Source: Candidatus Calescibacterium sp.
GTDB lineage: Bacteria; Calescibacteriota; Calescibacteriia; Calescibacteriales; Calescibacteriaceae
NCBI GenBank assembly: GCA_032249135.1
Contig: JAVVGL010000006.1
Location: 39,879 to 103,878, forward strand
Direction of reading: 5' to 3'
DNA: 64,000 nt
Below, in pieces: positions 37,713 through 47,085 of the stretch. The position numbers were made by a program, and so were the translations under genes. Every line of letters starts with the position of its first letter. Position 1 is the stretch's first letter. The notes under the pieces are model-generated. The model was given only the letters and a program-made list of their open reading frames with translations. It did no database searches and was not told the origin of the DNA.

Positions 37713-37770
37713 GGAACTAAAATGCGAAAATAGGGAATTTGGTATAATAAGAAATAATTTTTTTTCTGAT

Positions 37771-38862
37771 ATGCTGTTTTTTTATGGTGCCTATGGATTT
37801 ACCGGAAGGCAGATTTTTGACTTTTTCAGATCACATTTTCCCTTGCAAAGTAAAAAAATCATAATATCTGGAAAAAATAAAGAAAAGCTTGATAATCTGA
37901 AAGGAAAACTGAAAAGTAAGTTCCCTCAAATTGAAGTAGATATTTTGCCCGCGACACCTTTTGAACTTCAATCAAAGAAAATAGATGGAATAAAGTTGGT
38001 TGTAAATACTGCTGGACCTTTTTCTGATACGGGGGAATTTGTTCTGAACTTTGCAATCAGAAACGACGCAAATTATATTGATTGCACCGGTGAGTGGAAC
38101 TGGACAAAAAAGATAATAGATAATTACGATAAAATTTTGAAAGAAAAAAAGCTTTTTGCATCATCTGGGGTTGCGTGGGAAACTGTATCTGGTGAGATTT
38201 GTGTGAAAGAACTCGTTGATAAACTAAAACAAGAAGGAAAAATTTCAGATGTGAAAAAAATTCATCTTGTATATCTTGCAGATTTTGCTATGTCTCGTGG
38301 AACCTTGAAATCTTCTCTGAAAATTTTAAAAAGCGGAGCTATAAGATGGGAATATGGAAAAATAAAAACGGTTCAACCTGCTGAAAGAAAATTTAGCTTT
38401 GATCTTCAAGGTAAATCAAAATTTTTAGCTCTGAATTTATCTACATCAGATGTTATAAATGTTCCTCTTTCTTTGGGAGAGCTTTCACAAAGTATTGAGT
38501 TTGAAGTGTTTTTTGCTACATCTCAAAAAAGGGCTCAAATATTTTCTTATCTTGTAAAGACTATGAGAAGATTGGCTTCTTTTAGATTTTTCGCAACAAT
38601 TTCAAACTTTATTTTGAATTTGCTCCCTGAACCTGATGAGAACAGATTGCAAAATAGGGCTTCTGCTTTGGCTTTCGCATACGACGCAAACTCCAACATA
38701 ATATCTTCTTATGAAATAAAGGCTACAAAGCCCTATTATATAACAGCAAAAATTCTCGCTTTCGCCTGTTCTCAGTTTGAAAAAGGAAATTACAAAAAAC
38801 TATACGGATATGTTTCTCCTACTTTTCTTTTTGACTTTCCCAAAGATTTCATTTTTTCATGA
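37771..38862 (+). CDS. Saccharopine dehydrogenase-like NAD(P)-binding oxidoreductase
   Basis: YGAYGFTG, NTAGPF, YIDCTGE and SRGTLKS motifs. Confidence 0.85.
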   Translation: MLFFYGAYGFTGRQIFDFFRSHFPLQSKKIIISGKNKEKLDNLKGKLKSKFPQIEVDILPATPFELQSKKIDGIKLVVNTAGPFSDTGEFVLNFAIRNDANYIDCTGEWNWTKKIIDNYDKILKEKKLFASSGVAWETVSGEICVKELVDKLKQEGKISDVKKIHLVYLADFAMSRGTLKSSLKILKSGAIRWEYGKIKTVQPAERKFSFDLQGKSKFLALNLSTSDVINVPLSLGELSQSIEFEVFFATSQKRAQIFSYLVKTMRRLASFRFFATISNFILNLLPEPDENRLQNRASALAFAYDANSNIISSYEIKATKPYYITAKILAFACSQFEKGNYKKLYGYVSPTFLFDFPKDFIFS

Positions 38863-38901
38863 AACGAAATTTTTCTTTGAGGAATTGAAAATTTATTATT
38901 A

Positions 38902-39981
38902 ATGAAAAAAAGAAAAATAGTAGTTAGTGATTTGCATCTTGGTAAAGGTAGAATATTTGAGGGGCAGTTGAATTACAAAGAAGATTTCATATATGATGAG
39001 GATTTTTATGAGTTTCTAAGATGGTGGGTAAAAGATTCTCAAAGTTCCGGAGCTGAATTTGAGCTCGTTCTTAACGGAGATATATTAGATGTAATAAAAT
39101 CTACTCATAGAGATGGTAAAGTCTATAAAAAAGATGTTTTTGATTTTTTGTCCGCTTGTATAGAGAACCACAAAATCTTTTTTGATGCTCTGCGTGATTT
39201 CACTTATGAAGGTGGAAAAATCATCTGGATAATAGGAAATCATGATCATCCAATAGCATCTCCTGATATGCAGAATTATCTTTTGGAAAAAACTTCAATA
39301 AATTTTAAGTTCGTAAAAAAAGAGTACTTTGATAATGGCATCTGGATAGAGCACGGAAATAGATATGAAGCAATAAATAGAACCGATCTTGTGAATATTT
39401 GGCTCAAAGATGAAAAGGGAGAGGAGTTCTTAAACATGCCATGGGGAACAAAGTTTGTAGTAGAGGTCATAGACCCTTTTTCTTTTACGAAACCATATCT
39501 TGATAGGTGGAGACCTTTAGGGAAAGCTATAAAGTGGGGACTTATTTTTGAGACGAAAATTTCTCTACTTGCTCTTTTTAAGGTGATAAAATTTGTTCTT
39601 AAAAATAGAAAATTTTACGACCCTGTAAGAAGAAGGTCATTTTATGTTCCTCTAAATCTTGTTATGGATGCTATGGGACACAAAATAGTAGATAGGTCCG
39701 CAAGAATTTTACTCAGAAGGCAAGATGTGAAAGTTGTTGTTATGGGACACACTCACAGGGGGCTTATTGCAAGATACAAAGATAAAATATATGCTAATTC
39801 CGGAACTTGGGTTCCTTTTGTATCATTTGACACACCTCAGATAGGACTTATTGAGAAGAAAAATTTTGTAGTGATAGATATGCAACCCCAGTTCAGTTCA
39901 CCTTTTGTAGGAGTGTATTCCTGGTATGGCAGAGGAAGGATTTTTGAAGAGATAAAAGAACTTAACATTTCCGAAGGCTAA
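38902..39981 (+). CDS. Calcineurin-like metallophosphoesterase (LpxH-like)
   Basis: SDLH, NGD..D, GNHD, EHGN and GHTH motifs. Confidence 0.85.
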   Translation: MKKRKIVVSDLHLGKGRIFEGQLNYKEDFIYDEDFYEFLRWWVKDSQSSGAEFELVLNGDILDVIKSTHRDGKVYKKDVFDFLSACIENHKIFFDALRDFTYEGGKIIWIIGNHDHPIASPDMQNYLLEKTSINFKFVKKEYFDNGIWIEHGNRYEAINRTDLVNIWLKDEKGEEFLNMPWGTKFVVEVIDPFSFTKPYLDRWRPLGKAIKWGLIFETKISLLALFKVIKFVLKNRKFYDPVRRRSFYVPLNLVMDAMGHKIVDRSARILLRRQDVKVVVMGHTHRGLIARYKDKIYANSGTWVPFVSFDTPQIGLIEKKNFVVIDMQPQFSSPFVGVYSWYGRGRIFEEIKELNISEG

Positions 39982-40046
39982 ATTTATTAAATTTGGAATT
40001 TGGAATCTTGTGAAAACTCCACCAAATCTGACTAAATTTTATATAT

Positions 40047-42728
40047 ATGAACTTATTGTATAAAAACAAGGGGTTTTTGAAACTTTTGAATTTCCTTATT
40101 CTTTCTTCCTTTTTTGTTTTTCTCTTTTTATCTTGTGGTAGAGCATGGAGGGAGGAGGTTATTCCGGCAGAGAAGAGAAAAATTGTTCCGAAAACCCAGG
40201 AGGTTACAAAGCTTCCTCGTCCACAGCAAATTAAAGGTGTTCAGTGGGACTTTATTTTAGATTCAGACGATGTCCCTCATATTGCTATTTTTGATGAACT
40301 TTCAGGTCGGCTAATGTATTATACACTTGGTTACCAGGAAAATTGGACAAGTCAGCAGGTGGACCCACCCGAGGGAAAATTTGGGTATGTTGCAGGAGAA
40401 AGTCCAAATATATTCTTGGTAGATGATAAGATACATATAGTTTATCTTTCATCATCAGAGAAAGATAAGATACCTCGGATGAGGTTATTGAAGGAGGCTC
40501 TTTTGGATTCTTTTGGAGTTTGGCGTTGCAGAACAGTTATGCGAGTTCAAGATGGGGAGTTAAAATTCGTAAGAGCTATATATTCTCCAGAGTCCCAAAA
40601 AATTATTGCTGCACTTTTAGACAGTTATGAGAACGCAATATCACTTGTTATCTTCTCCCCTGCAACCGAAAAAAATACTCCTTTGTGCAGTAATGAGGAT
40701 ATAGAAGAAAGGGAAAAACCAAAAGGAGACATATTTTTCTTAGGGAATATGTATTACTTTGCACAAGGAGAATTGAGACTGAAAAATAAGCTTGATCCCC
40801 GCTGTAATCCAGTTGAATCCCGTAGAACACCTCCGCAAGCCGGATTTTCTCTCCAACTTATAAATTTTGCAAGAAATCTTAAAAGCAAAACCGGATTTAT
40901 CTCTCATGACATTATTTTAGATCAAACTTTTTGGATTGAGTTCGACCAAGATAACTTAAAACGCGTAGGAGAAATATACAAAGAATTTCAAGTCAGTATA
41001 ACCGTAATTTCAACCGATGTTTTACAATTCTCCGCTGGGGCGGATCACACTTGTGTTGTGAGGCAAGATGATTCACTTTGGTGTTGGGGAAGAAACGAAG
41101 ATGGACAGGCAGGTGGTGAAACATCGCAAAAAAGAAGTAATCCTATTAAAGTTATTGATGAAGTTTCAAAAGTTTCTGCGGGAGGATATCATACTTGTAT
41201 AATAAAAAAGAAGGATAAGAGTTTGCAGTGCTGGGGAAGAAACGATAATGGTCAGTTGGGAGATGGCACAACGGAAAAAAAAGCTTCTCCCGTTGAAGTT
41301 AAGGATATTACCAAAGTTTTGCAAGTATCAGCTGGTGGAGAACATACATGCGCTGTGAAGGAAGATAGGAGTTTGTGGTGTTGGGGGAGGAATGATAATG
41401 GTCAGGTGGGAGATGGTACGACTGAGAGTAGGACTTCTCCTGTTAAGATTATGGATGGGGTTTTACAAGTATCAGCGGGTGGAGAGCATACCTGTGCTGT
41501 GAAAGAAGACAGAAGTTTATGGTGCTGGGGGAAGAACGATAATGGTCAGGTAGGGGATGGAACGACGGAAAGGAGGACTTATCCTGTTAAAGTTATGGAT
41601 GGGGTTTTACAGGTATCGGCGGGTGGAGAACATACATGTGCTGTGAAAGAAGACAGAAGTTTATGGTGCTGGGGTAAAAATGACTATGGTCAGTTGGGTG
41701 ATAAAACCAATACTGCGCGCAAGTCCCCTGTTAATATTATATCAGGAGTTTCTCAAGTTTCCGCGGGTGGAAATCATACTTGTGCCGTAAAAGATGGTGC
41801 TTTGTGGTGTTGGGGGAGAAATGATCAAGGGCAATTAGGAGATGGAACATGGGAGCACAAGAATTTTCCTGTTAAAATTGTTGATGGTGTTTCAGCGGTG
41901 TCCACAGGCGGTGATCATACATGCATACTAAGAGGAGGTGGAACTTTATGGTGTTTTGGTAGGAATGATTATGGGCAATTGGGGAATGGAACTTATGAAA
42001 ATAGAAATTTTACTACGAGTGCAGATCTTGGTTCTTTTTGGTTTTCCACTGGGGGTGATTGTAAAACTATTCTTGCGAGAGGTTTATTTCTTAGGTTTGA
42101 TAACCCAATAAAAAATCTATTATTCGCAACTGTTTCTTTCCGTGATGGTACATCTAATCCCATAAAGGCTATTTTGTATTCGCCTTACGAAATTTACCTT
42201 GATCTTACAAATATTAATATTTCATCTTTCCCTTTCACTTTGGCTATAAAGTATAATACGATGTTGCCATTTAAATATACCTTTATTGGTAAGTCAAGGA
42301 AATTCCCATCTGTTTCTGCTGATAAAGATGGGAGGATTCACTTTGCCAGTTTCAATTCAACTCCACCAATTTTTGCAGCTGAGTATGGGGTTATTCGTGA
42401 TGTTCAATCTGGCGTTATATTTACGAGTATTATTGAAGGAGGAGGCGGCGGTTACTATACTCAGGGAACAGCGGGTACATCCATTGCTGTCACTGATGGG
42501 GGGTATCCGTTAGTAGTGTATTTTGCCCCTAATGAATCAGATATGAAGGTTGCGGTGCCCCTTGAGAATACATGGCAGGTTATGAGGAGAAAAACAGAAG
42601 CTGAATCTGGTCTTATGCCAAAAGCAATTATGACGAAAGATAATGTATCGGTTGCCATACTTGTCCCTACCATTACATATGATTACATTAAGTTTGACGT
42701 GATTTTCATCCCTTTAACATTATGGTAA
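40047..42728 (+). CDS. Lipoprotein: beta-propeller scaffold with an inserted RCC1-repeat domain
   Basis: Lipobox FLS-C-G; seven SAG..HTC...L.CWG.N..GQ.G repeats; flanking DS.D.PHI and D.DGRIH blades. Confidence 0.85.
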   Translation: MNLLYKNKGFLKLLNFLILSSFFVFLFLSCGRAWREEVIPAEKRKIVPKTQEVTKLPRPQQIKGVQWDFILDSDDVPHIAIFDELSGRLMYYTLGYQENWTSQQVDPPEGKFGYVAGESPNIFLVDDKIHIVYLSSSEKDKIPRMRLLKEALLDSFGVWRCRTVMRVQDGELKFVRAIYSPESQKIIAALLDSYENAISLVIFSPATEKNTPLCSNEDIEEREKPKGDIFFLGNMYYFAQGELRLKNKLDPRCNPVESRRTPPQAGFSLQLINFARNLKSKTGFISHDIILDQTFWIEFDQDNLKRVGEIYKEFQVSITVISTDVLQFSAGADHTCVVRQDDSLWCWGRNEDGQAGGETSQKRSNPIKVIDEVSKVSAGGYHTCIIKKKDKSLQCWGRNDNGQLGDGTTEKKASPVEVKDITKVLQVSAGGEHTCAVKEDRSLWCWGRNDNGQVGDGTTESRTSPVKIMDGVLQVSAGGEHTCAVKEDRSLWCWGKNDNGQVGDGTTERRTYPVKVMDGVLQVSAGGEHTCAVKEDRSLWCWGKNDYGQLGDKTNTARKSPVNIISGVSQVSAGGNHTCAVKDGALWCWGRNDQGQLGDGTWEHKNFPVKIVDGVSAVSTGGDHTCILRGGGTLWCFGRNDYGQLGNGTYENRNFTTSADLGSFWFSTGGDCKTILARGLFLRFDNPIKNLLFATVSFRDGTSNPIKAILYSPYEIYLDLTNINISSFPFTLAIKYNTMLPFKYTFIGKSRKFPSVSADKDGRIHFASFNSTPPIFAAEYGVIRDVQSGVIFTSIIEGGGGGYYTQGTAGTSIAVTDGGYPLVVYFAPNESDMKVAVPLENTWQVMRRKTEAESGLMPKAIMTKDNVSVAILVPTITYDYIKFDVIFIPLTLW
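41316..41700 (+). repeat. Three 144-nt RCC1 coding repeats, nearly identical at protein level
   Basis: Units start at 41316, 41460 and 41604 (VLQVSAGGEHTCAVKEDRSLWCWG...). Confidence 0.9.
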
Positions 42729-44254
42729 TTTTTGGTATGATTTTGGGAAGAAAAAGTTTGAAGATTTTTTTTGTTTTTCTCGTTTCCGTTTTATCTATTT
42801 CATTTTGCGGTAGGTTTTCAGGAGAATATACTGGGAAGGTTGTGTCATTCGCTCAGGTTGAGCTTAAAGTTGCAGGTCAGGATAGCGGCTGGTTTAGTAA
42901 CTTCATCCAAGATAAAAGTGGAGGAATACATCTTGTATATTATCAATTGCCAAAGAGAACCATTCTTTGGGCTCATGCTCCCAACCTGAGAACAGGTTTT
43001 ACTCAAATTGAAGTAATAGACGAAGCTGGAGAAAATGATAATTTTGGATCCCGTCCTCTCCCTCGGGTTGTCGTAGACTCAAAAAACATACCCCATGTCA
43101 TATACACAAGACACATAGTAAATGGAGAAAGTGTTTTCAGAATATATCATGCATGGAGAGTTGAAGATAATAAATGGATAAAAGAACCTGTGAATATTTT
43201 TTGCCCTTTTGAACCAAAAGCAGAATTTCTTGATGCTGCAATAGACCCTGAGGATATAATCCACATAGCATATATTGGATATGATGGAAAATTGTACTAT
43301 ATAGCAGTTGACGCTCAAAATCAAACAAGAGCATGTGAGCTTATCGATCCTGCTGTGGGTGAAGTTGCAAGGGTTCCCTCTGGAGGACGTTTGAGTGGGT
43401 GTGTTAGTTTGAAAATAGACCCAGCAGGAGGAATTCATGTCGCTTACTATGATGCAGAAAACGGTAACACAAAATACGCATATAAGAAAAAGTGGGAAAC
43501 CACATGGGATATCTCTGTTGTGGGATGGGAAAGGGTTTCTCAAGAGCTGAATTTAGTACAATTACTCGGAGAATATGAAGCAGAACTTTTATATCCTTCT
43601 AACGAATCTAAACTTGATACATATATTTTTGCAGTTGGTCCTGGGGGTAGAAGAGAGGTTAGTCGTGATTTTTGGAAGTTCAAAGGTAGTAGAAAAGTTG
43701 TTTTTTCATCAGATGTGGTCGGTCCCGGTAAAGAATTTGACCCTGCAGTTTTTAGATTTAATATAAGCTATGTCAGAGTAGATACTTCACCGGATGATGA
43801 TGGTAACTTTTGCGCTGTCGGATATTACTATCCAGACCCAAAAGAACAAGAAAAAACTTACCAGCCATTTATTGCCTATTCAAACTCAACAAAGTCTACA
43901 TTAGATTTTGCAAGGTTAGACAGAGGCAGTAGAAGTTGGAAAATAGAAACTGTGGATAGAGTTTTTATTGGTTCAAGAATAAATGTAGCTTATTTTGATT
44001 TAGGGGAGAAAAAAATACCAGCAATTGTGTACCATGATACGAGAAGATTCATTATCAAGATCGCTTCACCTGATGTTAGTTCAGAAGGTAATTGGCTTAT
44101 TTTTGACGCTATATCTCGTGGCGCTGTTGGATTCCATCTTTTTGCAGATTCTCTTCAAGGCGGTTTCATAGGTTTATCATACATAAGAAAGGTAATAACC
44201 GAAGATGTTCTTTTCTTTTCAGTTAGTGAATATCCTAAAAAGGTAATTTTTTAG
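42722..44254 (+). CDS. Putative lipoprotein with beta-propeller repeats
   Basis: SISF-C-GR; repeated D..G.IH[LV].YY, DSKNIPHVIY and DPEDIIHIAY blades. Confidence 0.65.
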   Translation: MVIFGMILGRKSLKIFFVFLVSVLSISFCGRFSGEYTGKVVSFAQVELKVAGQDSGWFSNFIQDKSGGIHLVYYQLPKRTILWAHAPNLRTGFTQIEVIDEAGENDNFGSRPLPRVVVDSKNIPHVIYTRHIVNGESVFRIYHAWRVEDNKWIKEPVNIFCPFEPKAEFLDAAIDPEDIIHIAYIGYDGKLYYIAVDAQNQTRACELIDPAVGEVARVPSGGRLSGCVSLKIDPAGGIHVAYYDAENGNTKYAYKKKWETTWDISVVGWERVSQELNLVQLLGEYEAELLYPSNESKLDTYIFAVGPGGRREVSRDFWKFKGSRKVVFSSDVVGPGKEFDPAVFRFNISYVRVDTSPDDDGNFCAVGYYYPDPKEQEKTYQPFIAYSNSTKSTLDFARLDRGSRSWKIETVDRVFIGSRINVAYFDLGEKKIPAIVYHDTRRFIIKIASPDVSSEGNWLIFDAISRGAVGFHLFADSLQGGFIGLSYIRKVITEDVLFFSVSEYPKKVIF

Positions 44255-44296
44255 AAAAAATCAAAATTTTCTCTTATTTATTTTATCTTTCAGCTT

Positions 44297-44644
44297 ATGG
44301 GGTCGGCAAGGGATCAAAAATATATTTTTGAAGTTGAGAAGAAATTTTTAAGGTCAGATTTGCCAGAGATAAAGCCAGGGTATGTTGTCAGAGTTTGGAC
44401 AAAAATAAAAGACAAAGAAAAGGAGACCTTGACACATTTTGAGGGGATAGTTATTTCTGTAAGGGGCAGGGGAACCGGAAAAACCTTTACTGTCAGAAAT
44501 GTTTTGAGTGGGGTCGGAGTGGAAAGAATTTTCCGCTATCATTCTCCATATATAGAGAAAATTGAGATATTGAAAAAAGTTAGAGTAAAAAGAGCGAAAC
44601 TATATTATTTGAGATATAAAAAAGCTTCAGAACTTTTCAGGTAA
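44297..44644 (+). CDS. rplS: 50S ribosomal protein L19
   Basis: FEGIVI, TFTVR...GVGVERIF and VKRAKLYYLR motifs. Confidence 0.96.
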   Translation: MGSARDQKYIFEVEKKFLRSDLPEIKPGYVVRVWTKIKDKEKETLTHFEGIVISVRGRGTGKTFTVRNVLSGVGVERIFRYHSPYIEKIEILKKVRVKRAKLYYLRYKKASELFR

Positions 44645-45653
44645 AAAATTCCAGAAAATCTTTTTGTATTTTTGCTCTTACTTTTACACCAAAAATATTG
44701 CAATGAATTTTTTCGCACAAAGAAACAATTTTCCAAAAATCTTTTTCTGTCGTCAGAATCATATCTGCCTTTTTGCTCCTTATTTTTTCTAACGCATCTT
44801 TGAGTTGTGGAAGGGTAATGGGAGAGTGATCCCTAAATTTTATGTGCTCATATATTTTTACACCGAGCTTTTCTGCTGTTCTTTCAAATCTTGAAGGTAT
44901 CGCAACAGAAGAAACACATATCGCTTTTGAGCCTTTTATAACATCTTTTTTTTCTTCTATTATTTTTCTGCCATCACAGTGCAAAATTCCATCTGGATAT
45001 ACTGAAAAGTAAAAAATTTTCTTTGCATATTTTTTTATTTTTTTTTCTTCTTGAGAATTTTTGAGCTTATCTTCAAGCAATACTACATCTGCCCAAAGTA
45101 AAGATATCAAGGGTTCTCTTAGTGGTCCGAGAGGTTGAACTAAAAAGTTCCCAAGACTTTCCTTTGTAAAAGAAACTATCTTTAATTTTGGCTCAACAAG
45201 TGCAGAAAAAAAGTCATCTAACAGAATATAATCCACAATTTTATTTATCATCTCAACTGCTTTTTTCCTGTTTTTGTGAGCAGAGACCAAAAAACCATTT
45301 TTCATATATAAAAGCACCTCATCTGAAATTTGATGTGAATCTACTTTATCATCTGGGAAGAAAATACCAAATTTTTTCCCTCCGTATCCAGAATGGACTA
45401 TTCCTATCTTTATTCCTTTTTTTCTCATTTCCTCAGCCAAAGTTAGACATAATGTTGTTTTTCCTGCTCCCCCTAATGCTATGCTTCCTATTCCAGCTGA
45501 TGGAAAATCAATTTCTTCTCTCTTTTTAATGCATCTTCTGGCTAAAATTGCTGCTCCTATAATATAGGACAGAATTTTCAGAGGATATAATATGGGATGA
45601 AATTTTTTATACCAGAATTCTGGTGCTTTATTTGGGAAAATAGTGTTTAACAC
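44637..45653 (-). CDS. lpxK: Tetraacyldisaccharide 4'-kinase
   Basis: GGAGKT, SDE, LLDD, PLGPLREP, FRDH and TTEKD motifs. Confidence 0.88.
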   Translation of the reverse strand: MLNTIFPNKAPEFWYKKFHPILYPLKILSYIIGAAILARRCIKKREEIDFPSAGIGSIALGGAGKTTLCLTLAEEMRKKGIKIGIVHSGYGGKKFGIFFPDDKVDSHQISDEVLLYMKNGFLVSAHKNRKKAVEMINKIVDYILLDDFFSALVEPKLKIVSFTKESLGNFLVQPLGPLREPLISLLWADVVLLEDKLKNSQEEKKIKKYAKKIFYFSVYPDGILHCDGRKIIEEKKDVIKGSKAICVSSVAIPSRFERTAEKLGVKIYEHIKFRDHSPITLPQLKDALEKIRSKKADMILTTEKDFWKIVSLCEKIHCNIFGVKVRAKIQKDFLEFFT

Positions 45654-45711
45654 AAGAATATTTTAATTCCACCGAAAATTTTTTGTTGTTTTGATTATAT
45701 ATAGTATGCTG

Positions 45712-46113
45712 TTATGTTTTTCTGTTTACTATTGAACCTTCCTTTATTCCTTTGAAGGAATTTGCAATAGCTTCCCTCTCTATACTTGTCATTATCTCGT
45801 AGTATCTTTTGAGTATAGTGAGTTTCTCCTTGATTTTCTGAATCTTTTTAGCTATATTTTTAAGGTCATCCTTTCCGTAGTTTTGGAGAAGATAAATTAT
45901 TTTTTTTGTTTTGAACAAAGCTTTTTCTAATTTTTCTGCACTTTCCTTGTGGTTTTGTTCTTTTATCAGTTCAAATATATCAGAAGAAATAAGTTCAATA
46001 TAATCTAAAATATCATATATGCTCTCACTCTCTTTCCTTTGTTCTTCTATTTTACTCTCTTCTGCTCTTTTTTCTTCTGTTCCATTCTCTTTCCTTTTAT
46101 CTTCTCTTGTCAT
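45712..46113 (-). CDS. Hypothetical coiled-coil protein, possibly an FlgN-like flagellar chaperone
   Basis: All-helical and charged; C-terminal GSIVNRKT reminiscent of FlgN ends. Confidence 0.35.
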   Translation of the reverse strand: MTREDKRKENGTEEKRAEESKIEEQRKESESIYDILDYIELISSDIFELIKEQNHKESAEKLEKALFKTKKIIYLLQNYGKDDLKNIAKKIQKIKEKLTILKRYYEIMTSIEREAIANSFKGIKEGSIVNRKT

Positions 46114-46164
46114 ACCTGATTTTGTTAAAAATTCAATCGGAATTTTTGTAAAATTTCTTCATAT

Positions 46165-46899
46165 ATGAGACTTCACCATGAAAGAACTTCTGTTAAATTT
46201 CTTCGCTTCGGGAATTTTTCATCTCTTATTTCTCCTTTATTATCTTTTTTTATTGTTTTTTTTCTTGCTATCTTCCCATTTTTTGTTCCGCTTGAAGTGA
46301 GGAGGATCAGAATAGAAAATATATCTTCTATTTCTGAACTTGTAAGGAAAGATATTTTGAATTTTTTTGATACAAATTCAGGTGGAAAATTAAAAGACAT
46401 AATTTACTCAGTTTTTTCTGCATGTGAAAAAAGTTTGTGGGCGAGGTCATGTCAAGTTGATTTTGCACTCCCAGATATTCTTGTTGTAAGATTTGATGAG
46501 ATACTACCGCGAGCTTTACTTTTAGACCAAGACAAAGTTTTTATTGTTTCACAGTACGGAGAGAAAATTCAAACCCCTATTTTATTGCATCAGATACATG
46601 AGAATGGTTTAAATAATTTCCCTGTTCCTTTCCTTATAATTAGGTCGCCAAGTTGTTCTCTGAAAGAAATTTCTGATTTTCTGAACTATTTATATGAAAT
46701 AAGAAAAGGATTTGCAGATCAAGTTGTTTGTTTAGATTTTTCTGTGGAGATATATTCTCGTGAAGGATATAAAATAATTTTACCACGAGACGATATCAAG
46801 GGCGCATTCGCAAGGTTTTTGAATGTTGAAAACAAGATTAAGGAAAAAGGCATAAGTGAAGCTGATTTTCGCGGAAATGATAAAGTTTTTGTAAAATAA
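46165..46899 (+). CDS. ftsQ: Cell division protein FtsQ/DivIB-like
   Basis: Single TM, POTRA-like segment (W...C.V...LPD.L.V...E..P), C-terminal DFR; lies upstream of ftsA. Confidence 0.7.
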   Translation: MRLHHERTSVKFLRFGNFSSLISPLLSFFIVFFLAIFPFFVPLEVRRIRIENISSISELVRKDILNFFDTNSGGKLKDIIYSVFSACEKSLWARSCQVDFALPDILVVRFDEILPRALLLDQDKVFIVSQYGEKIQTPILLHQIHENGLNNFPVPFLIIRSPSCSLKEISDFLNYLYEIRKGFADQVVCLDFSVEIYSREGYKIILPRDDIKGAFARFLNVENKIKEKGISEADFRGNDKVFVK

Positions 46900-47085
46900 A
46901 ATACAAGATGTAAAGAAAAAGCAATATGAAAAAAGAAGGTTTCAATATGATGTGGAATGATGATGGTGAATTTTTAAAATTAAAAAGGCAAGATTTGAAA
47001 AGTGCAAAACTTATTTGTAATATAGAATTTATATGAATTTTTTAATTTCGCATCTATAAAATTGAAATGAGGGAGGAAATTTGAC

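Noticed and set aside
41316-41700. CRISPR array or DGR template/variable repeat
   Set aside because: Units are in-frame coding repeats without unique spacers; differences are mostly synonymous and not adenine-specific; no cas or reverse transcriptase gene in the window
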